From the NCBI GenBank assembly GCA_964188305.1, contig OZ076896.1: 64,000 nucleotides of DNA, one strand, 5' to 3'. The DNA comes from Podarcis bocagei. Lineage: Eukaryota. Below are positions 40,306-50,197 of the stretch, one piece after another (positions within the stretch are counted from its first letter, which is position 1; the number at the start of each line of letters is the position of its first letter). The position numbers were made by a program, and so were the translations under genes. The notes below the pieces were generated by a model. That model saw only the letters and a list, made by a program, of their open reading frames with translations. It searched no databases and was not told where the DNA came from.

Positions 40306-40640
40306 GGTGCGGTCGCTGGTGCGCAAGAGCGCAGGCTCCGGTTATGGAAGCGACTCCGGGACGGGAACGGGGGCGGGGGAATGGGAAAAGGGGCGGGGAG
40401 AGCGCGCGGCCGCGGGAAAGGGGCGGGGCGGGGGAGCAGGAGACCCTCCACGGCCCCGAGGAGCGCAAAGCCTGGCGGAAGGCGCCGTCGGCCAGCGCCA
40501 ATCATGTGACTGGCAGGGACAGCCTTTTCCTATTTCTATGGGAACCGCCGATGCTCCCCACGTGATTCCTGGTGCAAGATGGCCCGGGAAAGGGGAGGGG
40601 GCCACGGGGAGAAAGAGGCAGCGGCCGCATCAGGAGGGCG
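40306..40640 (-). promoter_or_regulatory. SNX24 CpG-island promoter / 5' UTR
   Basis: CpG-rich. GGGGCGGGG boxes at about 40370, 40390 and 40420-40433, CCAAT at 40498-40502, TCATGTGAC at 40502-40510, CACGTG at 40559-40564, YY1-like CAAGATGGC at 40575-40583. Confidence 0.8.
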
Positions 40641-40907
40641 ATATGCAATGATGATTTCTACACACGAGAGGAGTTTCCCTTCAACAAAGTGGAGGATCGT
40701 GGGAACGAAAATAATGAATAGAGTTGGGGCATAACACAACTGATCCCACTGTGAATGGTTCACTTTGAGGTTGTTGCTGTCGTATTATCATGGAGGAGCC
40801 GAATGATGTTCACAGATTTATCTGGGCAGCCAATTTTCAGGAGCACAGGCATTACGATTCACAGTGTCGAAGGCCTTAGGTCAATAAACACCATATGCAG
40901 AGATTCA

Positions 40908-41590
40908 ACATCAACTTCGTTTAACTGGTCATGTTGTGCCTTCCAAAGCAACTAGAGTGGTACCTCTGGATACGAACGGGATCTGTTCTGGAGCCCCGTT
41001 CGCATCTAGAAGCAAATGTAACTAGCGATGGCACGTCTGTGCACGTCGCTTTTCACCGCTTCTGCGCATGTGCGTGACGTCATTTTGAGCGTATGCGCAA
41101 GCGGCGAAAGCCGGAAGTAATGCGCTCCGTTACTTCTGGGTTGCTGCGGAGCGCAACTCGAACGCGCTCAACCCGAAGCGCATTCAACCCGAGGTATGAC
41201 TGTACTCGATTCCAAACTTAAAAATGGAAAGCGTAATGCTGGTGGTCAACAAAAGGTTTAAAGACTCTCAAGGCAAACCTAAAAAAATGTAGTATTAACA
41301 CAGACAACTGGGAAACACTGGCCTGTGAGCGGTCCAGTTGGAGAACAGCCTTTACCAAAGGTGTCATGGGCGTTGAAGACGCTCAAACTCAGGACGAAAT
41401 GGAGAAACATGCTAAGAGGAAGGCATGCTTGGCAAACCCTCACCATGATCAACTCCCGCCCAGAATCCTATGTCCCCACTGTGGAAGGATGTGTGGATCC
41501 AGAATTGGCCTCCACAGTCACGGACTCACTGTTAAGACCATGTTTATGGAAGACAGTTTTACTCAGCTACGAGTGATCGCCAAAGAAGAT
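40908..41590 (+). mobile_element. RTE-clade LINE 3' fragment interrupted by a Tigger-like MITE (40955-41202)
   Basis: Decayed peptide motifs (GHVV, PKQL, KLKNGKRNAGGQQK, WETLACERSSWR, CPHCGRMCGSRIGLHSH). MITE flanked by TA. Confidence 0.75.
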
Positions 41591-41651
41591 ACAATGATAT
41601 ACAATGAATTGCAAAAAAATTGTTTAAAATAACCTTTTCTAAAACAAACAA

Positions 41652-42430
41652 ACCCAGAAGCTTTCCTTTTGGGAATTATAGGGCCAAAGCTGCCAAACTG
41701 CATAGAAATTTATTCATGTATGCAACTACAGCGGCAAGAAGGTTACTTGTCCAAAAATGGAAAGAAGTCGTCCCAGCAAAAGAAGAATAGATACAAAAAC
41801 TTATGGACTATGCAGAAATGGCAAAACTTAGCGGAAAAATAAGAAATCAAGATAAACTTTTTTTAAAAGAATGGAAATGGTTTATTGAATATTTACAAGT
41901 AAACTGTAAACAGATTGGCAGGATTATTGTAATAACCCGCAGTTTGATAAGAGTATATATTTAAAGTAGATGAGTAAATAAGTAGATTAAGTTACAGATA
42001 GGTAGCCGTGTTGGTCTGCCATAGTCAAAATAAAAAAATTCCTTCCAGTAGCACCTTAAAGACCAACTAAGTTAGTTCTTGGTATGAGCTTTCGCGTGCA
42101 TGCACACTTCTTCAGATACACAAGTAGATTAAGTTAATTTGGAATATGCAGGAAATATAAAAAATAAATCCAAGGAACCGCAGAATGAGGGGGAAGGATG
42201 TCAAATTTTGAAATGTTAAAATGATTGTAAAATTATTGAAATGTATAAAACTGAAAATCGTAAGAAACCAGAAGCTTTTCTTTTAGGAATTGTAGGTGCC
42301 AAAAGTCCAAGTGTATGCAACTACTGCTGCACGGATGCTATTGTAGCCCAGATATGGAAAGAAGGCACAGTCTCTAATAGAGAAGAATGACAGATTAAAC
42401 TGATGGATTATGCAGAGATGGCAAAACAAA
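41652..42430 (+). mobile_element. Two L1-clade ORF2/3' UTR fragments; the first is interrupted by a Penelope-like piece (41995-42121)
   Basis: KPEAFLLGI and YATTAAR motifs occur twice (about 41652 and 42266). The insert is flanked by a 15-bp duplication AAGTAGATTAAGTTA. Confidence 0.75.
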
Positions 42431-42671
42431 CTGATGTTTGTTTGCTTGATGAATGTTTGTAAATTTAATTATTATTTTTTAAAAGGAGGATGTCCTCCCC
42501 TCTAGCGTTCTGGCACTGGTGGTGGCTCCAGGGAGAACACCTTGAGGAAAAATGGTAAATTAGCAGGATTGCAGTTAGAGCTCAAAAGCACTTAGCCCAC
42601 AAGACAAACCTAAGAAAAGGTGGAGATGCACAAAGATCAGGGATAGATCAGTCAGCAGAGCATGAGACTCT

Positions 42672-42865
42672 GTCAGAAATGGTATCTTTATTTTTCTTCC
42701 ATAATGGTAAGCTTTCTTCAATGATAGTATTTACTTGTGGCCATAAGAAAGGTTACTTGCATGCCCTCCAACATTTCTCCAAAGAAAATAGGGACATCCT
42801 ATGCTATTATTATTATTATTCCCCATCCATCTGATTGGGTTGCCTCAGCCGCACTGGGCAGCTTT

Positions 42866-42908
<43 letters not shown>

Positions 42909-43458
42909 AAACATTAAAAAACTTCCCTACACTTGGCTGCCTTAAAGGTTGTATAGTTACTTATCTCCTTGGCTCAAGGGTCTCATGATTCCATACTCTA
43001 CGATGAGAAGAGGGATGTCCTACCATACCCTCCAATGCTTGTCTGATGAAAATAGCAACACCCTAAGGAACAACAGGGTATTATGGGATCAAATCAGAAA
43101 CCAGGACAGCTTCTGTAAATCCAGGACTGCCCCTGGAAAACAGGGACACTTGGAGGGGCTGTACTTGACCAAAAAACCAAACAAAACCTGACAACTAAAT
43201 TTAAGGTTTTTTTGTTTTTTTTTAAGTTATCCTCTCATTTCTCCATCTTCTTCTATGCCATTTATATAAAGGACATTATTGCACCTTATCAGAACACCCA
43301 GGTGTCCATCAATATATTTGTATTTGCAAGCTGCATATTCATGTAGCCATTGACAGACGAGGTAGCCTTTGTATTCCATTCCCCACTTCAGCTTCACCAT
43401 CACTTGCTTCCCAGTCATCCAATTTAAGAAGGGTTAAGAGGCAGACTCATAGCAACCC
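42672..43458 (-). pseudogene. SNRPF: Processed pseudogene of snRNP protein Sm-F (decayed CDS 43450-43227 plus putative 3' UTR)
   Basis: Intronless MSLPLNP...[20 protein letters not shown]...[25 protein letters not shown] with frameshifts and small deletions. AATAAA (minus strand, 42687-42692) lies 15 nt before the insertion end. Confidence 0.9.
42760..43161. mobile_element. Non-autonomous DNA transposon (hAT-like) containing an (AC)n tract
   Basis: Termini CATGCCCTCCAA / TTGGAGGGGCTG and a 6-bp duplication TACTTG. Confidence 0.65.
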
Positions 43459-44678
43459 TGGGTTCAAGCCCCATGTTGCGGAAAAGATTGCTGCACTGCA
43501 GGGTTCTGGACGAGATGACCTTCGTGGTCCCTTCCAACCCTTGCGATTCTATGAAGCCTGTCTTCAGACCAACCAGAAAGCACTTTTAGTAATTTTAGTG
43601 ACCTCACCAATAAAGAGTACTGTGCTAGTGGCATTTAGTGGCTAGGGTTCATTCTTGTATAAGCTTGTAGTTACAAGTGGAACGAGCCTTCTTTATTCGT
43701 ATCGCCTATAGATGTCCCACAAGTAGTGGTTTTGAATTATCCTCAACTCTTCAGGGTGAATTTTAAGCAAAATGAGAAAGGGGGCAGCTAAAGGAGAGAA
43801 GCGGGGAGTCAAGGGAAGCTGGGAAGATAGTGAAGCCGAGCAGTTTGCAGGTAAGATACAAGGTAGGTGGTGGAATGCTAGACGTAAACACATTTTAATT
43901 TGCACTCCTCCTGAAGACTTTCAAACTACTTGGCTTTTTGCAAAGTGCCCTGCTTTTCTCTCTTTCCCCTCTCCACTTGGGTTAACATCCACCTTGAAGG
44001 GCAATTCTAGGTAACATACCTTTTAAACTAAAAATAATTGCCTTTCTGTGGATTCCACCCACCCTTATAGGTCAACATTTCCACCTATAGCTATGCTGTA
44101 TGGGCTCACAACATGTGGATTAATTTCTCCACCATTCATCTTCCTCATTCTACTGTACTTGGATCTGTATGGGGAAAGTCTCATTAATGGACAGCTCAGA
44201 CAGAGATACTGCAATTGACTACCACCTGATAGTACCAGTTGCTCTTGTTCATAATCACATAACTGTGATGCTGTTAAAAAGGTGAATGTGTGTTCCTGTT
44301 ACTTTTTCCCTGCTTGGACTCCAAGGAACCATAGTAGACAGTGCTTTGTTCTTGGAAACCAGATGCACGTCTTGCTATATGCCCTCAGTATACTGAAGGA
44401 CAGGAATGAGCAGCTTACTATTTTGTCTCCTGCAGTAGCAAAAGAAAGCCATAAACCCACCACAAAGGCCTTCCAAAAAGCAAACATTTACAGTACAGTG
44501 GAAAATCAGAAGTGGAGGGCAAAATCACAGGGGAAATTATAGTAGTAAGTACTGAGCAGTAATGGGTGGGTGGAGGTTTGGAAGTTGCTGCTCTTCAAAA
44601 AGATTCAGCTCAAAACTAAATTAGTTCAGGAATCTGTTTCAGATGTTGCACTGCACATTCAGTGTCCAAAATCAAGTT

Positions 44679-44904
44679 CAGTGGTACCTCAGGTTACATA
44701 CGGTTCAGGTTACAGAGTCCTCTAACCCAGAAATATTGCTTCAGGTTAAGAACTTTGCTTCAGGATGAGAACAGAAATCGTGCTCTGGTGGCGCGGTGGC
44801 AGCCGGAGGCCCCATTAGCTAAAGTGGTGCTTCAGGTTAAGAACAGTTTCAGGTTAAGAACGGACCTCCAGAATGAATTAAGTACTTAACCCGAGGTACC
44901 ACTG
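44679..44904. mobile_element. Tigger-like MITE (first of an inverted pair)
   Basis: CAGTGGTACCTC...GAGGTACCACTG-TA. Same family as 21475 and 55927. Confidence 0.9.
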
Positions 44905-44927
44905 TAGATGGGTATCAAAAACATATA

Positions 44928-45139
44928 CAGTGGTACCTCGGGTTAAGTACTTAATTCGTTCCGGAGGTCTCTTAACCTGAAACTGTTCTTAACCTGAAGC
45001 ACCACTTTAGCTAATGGGGTCTCATGCTGCCAGAGCACGATTTCTGTTCTCATCCTGAAGCAAAGTTCTTAACCCGAGGTACTATTTCTGGGTTAGCGGA
45101 GTCTGTAACCTGAAGCGTACGTAACCCGAGGTACCACTG
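44928..45139. mobile_element. Tigger-like MITE (second of an inverted pair)
   Basis: TA flanks. Opposite orientation to 44679-44904. Confidence 0.9.
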
Positions 45140-45770
45140 TATGCATATTATAGACATAGCTTCATGAGAGAGGTGTGCAGAGTAGGGAAGATTTGAATTT
45201 ATCCAATTTTTAAACAAGCAGTTTAAAAGAGCTGCAGAAATTTAGCATTAACCCCCCCCCCCAATATAATGCTATGAATACTTAATAATTGTAAATAGGA
45301 TTGTTATAATTTCAGTTCCTGGTTTTGTTAATAAACTAAGCCCAATTGAAATGTATTCCCCCCCCTGGTGTTAGGATATAGACAATTATGATCTGTGCAG
45401 ACAGGAAAGAACATACAAGGGGTTGTATGCAAAGCTGACCATACCCCACAAAAGATCAATTAAATTAATGGGCATTACTTAAAGTTAGGTGCATGGATTC
45501 CAGTGGATCTACTCCAACAAGAACTCAGTTGGATAAAACCCAGCGTTTCCCCCCCCAAAACAGGAAACACAATTTCCTGCTGAGGAGAGAAATCTTAACA
45601 TCCTCAAATGTTACTTTATCAACAATTTGTTAGTGTAACTATGCTCTTAGGTTCTTTTGCAAGCCCACAATTCCTCCAAAACTGAAACTCTGTTACTAGA
45701 TGTTGGTTTGCAGGTTCTATTTTAGAGTGAAACATTTGTTACATTTAAGTCAAAGTCTGTAGATTTAGTA

Positions 45771-46540
45771 CAGTCATACCTCGGGAAAAATATGCTTCAG
45801 GATAAGTATTTTCGGGCTGTGCTCCGCGGCGACCCGGAAGTAATGGAGCATGTTACTTCTGGGTTTCGCTGCTCGCGCATACGGTCAAAATGACGTCACG
45901 TGCATGTGCAGAAGCGGCGGGGGAAAAAGACACAGAGGCATACCAAAAAATGAATGTGTTTGCATTAGGGGATGTTCTGAAGTAGAGGACCTTATGCATT
46001 ATATCTTGCACTGTCCTTTATATAATGATGCAAGAAAAAGATTTGTAGTACCTATAATGACAGGGTCCCCTGGCCAGAACCCCTTTGACATGATTTTATA
46101 TCTCCTCGCAGACACAGATAAGTATGTGACCTGGCGCTTTTTGCAACTGCTGCTAGGAAAATTAGAGCAAATTATATAGCCAAGGTAGCCCTTAACTGTA
46201 GAGGAGATGAATTCATATGATCCTATCTATCTACCTCAGCCTATGCTCTATCTTTGTTACCAAACTCTGAGTATAAATTGCACACTGTATTAATTGATAT
46301 TGTTTTTAACATTAGTGACCATGTGATGATTTTAGCTTATGAATGTTATTGTTTAATGTTTTTATTTGTACATTGGGGTACTTTTATAGCTCTGTTTAGA
46401 GTACGTAATGTTTTAATAATATAAATGTTTTAAGTCTTTTTTATAAATTCAGTATATATATTTTTTAATTGTCAAATAATTCTGTGTACATTGCGGCAGC
46501 CTTTGGCTATGTGCAATAAAACTGACTGCGACTGAGACTA
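45771..46540 (+). mobile_element. Truncated Tigger-like MITE (45771 to about 45920) joined to a non-LTR retrotransposon 3' end
   Basis: TA-CAGTCATACCTCGGG start, then a CCHC-knuckle-like peptide C..GCSEVEDLMHYILHCPLY, an AT-rich UTR, AATAAA and an (ACTG)-type tail. Confidence 0.65.
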
Positions 46541-46741
46541 TTCAAGTGTAGTTGTTTAAGAAATCCATTTTTTAAAGAAGCTAGACCATGTAAAAAAGTG
46601 TTCCTTGTTAGGAAAACTAATCCAAATTCTTCTCAACCTAAATCTGCATAGCTGCTACAACTACTGAGTGCCAAATACACTTAAACGAGCTAGGAAATGA
46701 AGAACAAAATTAAGGATTAATGTTTCACAAGGTACATCCCT

Positions 46742-46747
46742 TTTATT
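46742..46747 (-). terminator. Candidate SNX2 polyadenylation signal (second candidate at 47040-47045)
   Basis: AATAAA on the minus strand about 400 nt after the stop codon. No transcript evidence. Confidence 0.5.
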
Positions 46748-47141
46748 ACTGAAATCACAAAATCTTGATTATGTACAGGAATGTGTTATGTGAACATTAA
46801 TAAATGCAATTTGTTTCATAAAGATCAGGTAGACAGAACATAGAGTAAAGAACAAAAATAACTTTCTGGCCTTGCATCGCACATTTTAGTGCAAGTATTA
46901 AGACACAATAGTGTTCAATTCAGCAAGTATTGCAGAATGTCATGCCACAGTCCACTTCAAAGAGGGTCAGGACATGCAGCTGTTAATAAAATGCTGTAGT
47001 ATATAAAAAGCCACATGTTAAATTCAAAATATATAGTGGTTTATTTGGATAATTTTAAAGTGATTTTCACTATGGAATTTAGCTCAGTTGGGACAAACAT
47101 CCAAAGAGTCTTCATATTTTGGAAGAGTCTTCTTCTTCTTC

Positions 47142-47192
47142 TTAGGCAATGGCTTTGGCTTCAGGTAGGAATGCCTCCCAGTATTTTATCAG
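47142..47192 (-). CDS. SNX2: Sorting nexin-2 terminal coding exon (LIKYWEAFLPEAKAIA*)
   Basis: Polypyrimidine tract ttttcccaag|CTG ATA AAA...GCC TAA. Matches the SNX2 C-terminus (SNX1 ends ...AIS). Confidence 0.97.
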   Translation of the reverse strand: MIKYWEAFLPEAKAIA

Positions 47193-47899
47193 CTTGGGAA
47201 AAGAGGAGAAAAGATTAAACATTTCAATTACTTACAAAATCATCACCAGTTGCTTTACTGCATCTCAAATGGCAAGAAAGTCCTTCAATATTATAGTATC
47301 ACTTTCAGAAGCTTAGACTCTTTTCTTTTCATGCAACTATTAAGTAAATAAAAGTCTGAACTAGGCTGCTCCCTTCTTCCCCTAAAGAAAAATGCGTTCT
47401 TAACGGTTATGGTACAAACAAATCTGAAACCACGTTTGCTTGTAAAATGTACACACCAGCTTTCATTTTAAGATATACCCAATTTATGCATTACTCATAT
47501 GACCCAAGCCTACCTTTTATCCAACTGTGCTGTGCTCCACTGACATTAGGAAAGATTTTTTTATTTTTTAAAATGTCTTTCTAAAATAGAAATGCTATGA
47601 CCAGCTTTATTGTTCAGAGTTGCAGAATATTTACATTACGTAAACTTATTAAAGAAACAAAAGTGCAATGTGATATTTGCCTCTACAAATACGTTACACA
47701 GAACACACTGAATTTCTCTGCCAGCTCCCTGCTGAATTAGTAATGTTTAATCAACCAAGTAAGAAAGACTAGAAGAGACAGACTTAAAGAGAAGCTCCTG
47801 AGCAGCAGGGTGTGTATGTAAAGTTCTTTTAATTTATTCATCCAGAGTTAGGAATGAAAACCCCACCAAATGAATTACAAACACAGATATCAAGTTTAC

Positions 47900-47971
47900 C
47901 TGTTGTTGTGTTTGCACTAATGATTCCAAATACTTGATTATAACAGTTTTGAAGTCTCTCACGCGTTCTTT
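47900..47971 (-). CDS. SNX2: SNX2 exon (KERVRDFKTVIIKYLESLVQTQQQ), BAR domain
   Basis: aacag|AAA...CAG|gtaaac. 72 nt, phase 0/0. Confidence 0.96.
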
Positions 47972-48077
47972 CTGTTAGCACACAAAACATAATCACATAT
48001 AGAAGAAGTTAGCCAACATTTTTGCTCCGTCATGATTTTCTGAACGTTTACATTGTTTATTGATAATGTATACGTGC

Positions 48078-48158
48078 CTCAAATCTTCCTACTTCTTTGC
48101 GTATTGTCTTGGAGATTTGTTCAAAATCCCTTTCTCCTTGTAGAACTTTTGTTTCCCA
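48078..48158 (-). CDS. SNX2: SNX2 exon (WETKVLQGERDFEQISKTIRKEVGRFE) with GC donor
   Basis: ctttcag|TGG...GAG|gcacgt. 81 nt, phase 0/0. Confidence 0.94.
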
Positions 48159-48694
48159 CTGAAAGAGAACAGGCACAAACAAAGCTTAAATACGAAGCAT
48201 TCAAAAGCTCCCTGCTTGGTAACATTGGCCCAGCCTTTTACAGCAGGGGTGGCTAACTTTCTTCTGCCCAAGGGTCACATGCCATAAATGGGTGTGTCTA
48301 ATATATGCATTATACACATACAGCAGACATGCAGGCACACAGCAGTCTCTCTCTCACCTCTCCTGGATGCATTCGGAAATGCTGCGTTTTCCTTTGTGCT
48401 CAAGATCCACTGTGATCTGTGCAAAGCAAGATCCCCATCACCCCTTCAATGTTGGGGTGGGCTGGGCGAAAATGTAGCCTTTTACTCTAAAAAGCAGGCA
48501 GAGGGCTTAATTATGGCCCTGTGGTTCTTAGCACTAAGATCAGGATAAAGGATCAGAGGCTCTCTAAGGAGCAGGTAGAACCAACCAGGAGATTAACAAC
48601 AACAACAACAACCACATCTCTTAAGGACTGGCAGGCCACTTCCTGTGCTTTGGGCAGGTCAGATGCAGGCTGTGTGATAGCCACACATCCTTTG

Positions 48695-49055
48695 CAGGGG
48701 TCAGCAAACTTTTTCAGCAGGGGGGCTGGACTATATTTTTTGGGGGGAAATGAACGAATTCCTATGCCCCACAAATAACCCAAAGACGCATTTTAAATAA
48801 AAGTACACTTTCTACTCATGTAAAAACACCAGGCAGGCCCCACAAATAACCCAGAGATGCATTTTAAATAAAAGCACACTTTCTACTCATGTCAAAACAC
48901 CAGGCAGGCCCCACAAATAACCCAGAGATGCATTTTAAATAAAAGGACACATTCTACTCATGTAAAAACATGCTGATTCCTGGACCGTCCGTGGGCCGGA
49001 TTTAGAAGGCGATTGGGCTGGATCCGGCCCCCGGGCCTTAGTTTGCCTACCCATG
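48695..49055. mobile_element. hAT MITE (family of 17500-17739) with a triplicated 71-bp internal unit
   Basis: Same termini. The unit starts at 48766, 48837 and 48908. Confidence 0.88.
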
Positions 49056-49874
49056 CTTTACAGGGTTGTTTAAGGATTACTAATAATTACACATGAAGCA
49101 CTTTTGTTCACCATTAAACATTTAATAAATGCCACAAGAGTCTACTGTGAGGATTGCCAACACATATGCCCTCTAATGATAAACCCACTACAGTTCAGTT
49201 GAGTCTGTAGACTATAACAGGCAATGCATTGCTACTGCTTATTCACCGTGTATTCTAGCTCAAGACTAATAGTACCATTTGGTCCCAATGCTTGAAGTTC
49301 AGGCTAAGCTGTAAAAATGACAATACTAATTGAAGGAGACATGTGTATGTACTGAACTGTAGTGTCTATAGGCTGGAGAAAGTTGGCCGCCTTTATAATG
49401 CTCCTCTCATAATACTCTTGGCTATTGTTAGAGGCTTTGGGTTTTAAGAACACTTAAAAGTGAACTGTAACAGGTTTTATTTTAAGACACTAACTGAAGC
49501 CCAGGAATCAGCTGTCAGATCCAATTGCTTCCCTATGAAAACAAGCCAAGAGTACACAGCAGAAGTTCAGAAATATCTATTACGGTGTGAGGAGCAAAGG
49601 AAAACTCTGCCTTTCTCCAAAGGTCCCTAGAAAAGGCACCAATGAGCAGAAATAAGGTTACAGCACAAAATATGCTGAGCAGTAAATTACTAACGGAAAT
49701 TAAAAGGGTTTAATTGTGAAGCAACCAATAGTAACTTGGGCATACACAGTTAACCCCAAAATGTAAGAAGATTTAACTTTCAAAACTCTTTACCCCTGTC
49801 AGATCAAAGTTACACCAAGCACAAATGTGTAGAGTCACAGAAATAGAATTAATCTGGTGGCAGACACCCTAGGC

Positions 49875-50197
49875 CAGGGTTTCCCAAACTTGGGTCTCCA
49901 GCCATAGAAACCAGCTCCTGTGGGCCAAGGGATCTCCCCCACAATAAAATATTTGAGGGGATTGCCCCCCCCCAGTTGATGAGCATGGCCATTCAAATGA
50001 TGTTCATGCACTGCTCCATGTGATCAATTATGTGACGCAGGGCTTACCTGCCCCCCCCCCTGCAATATTTTATTCAAGTTGGCACCCCTGTCTCCAGTTG
50101 CTTCTAGACTATAATTCCCATCATCCCTGACCACTGGTCCTCCTAGCTAGGGGTGATGGGAGTTGTAGTCCAAAAGACCCAAGTTTGGGAAACCCTG
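49875..50197. mobile_element. hAT-Charlie-type MITE with a nested hAT-like element (49903-50090)
   Basis: Outer TIRs CAGGGTTTCCCAAACTTGGG. Inner element flanked by TCTCCAGC/TCTCCAGT. Confidence 0.8.

Larger units (their letters stand above)
42640..43554 (+). mobile_element. tRNA-Lys(CTT)-derived SINE with CR1-type tail, split into 42640-42671 and 43459-43554
   Basis: Left piece ...TCAGTCAGCAGAGCATGAGACTCT and right piece TGGGTTCAAGCCCCATGTTG match consecutive parts of tRNA-Lys(CTT). Tail GGTCCCTTCCAAC...GATTCTATGA. Confidence 0.8.

Noticed and set aside
43205-43225. A-rich run just after the SNRPF stop as the retrocopy poly(A) tail
   Set aside because: No upstream AATAAA. The better-supported end is at 42672, after AATAAA and at the SINE junction. 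Not fully excluded.
43227-43418. 63-aa ORF as a functional Sm-F gene
   Set aside because: The true ATG (43450) is out of frame, there is an internal frameshifted segment ([11 protein letters not shown]), and deletions disrupt the Sm fold.
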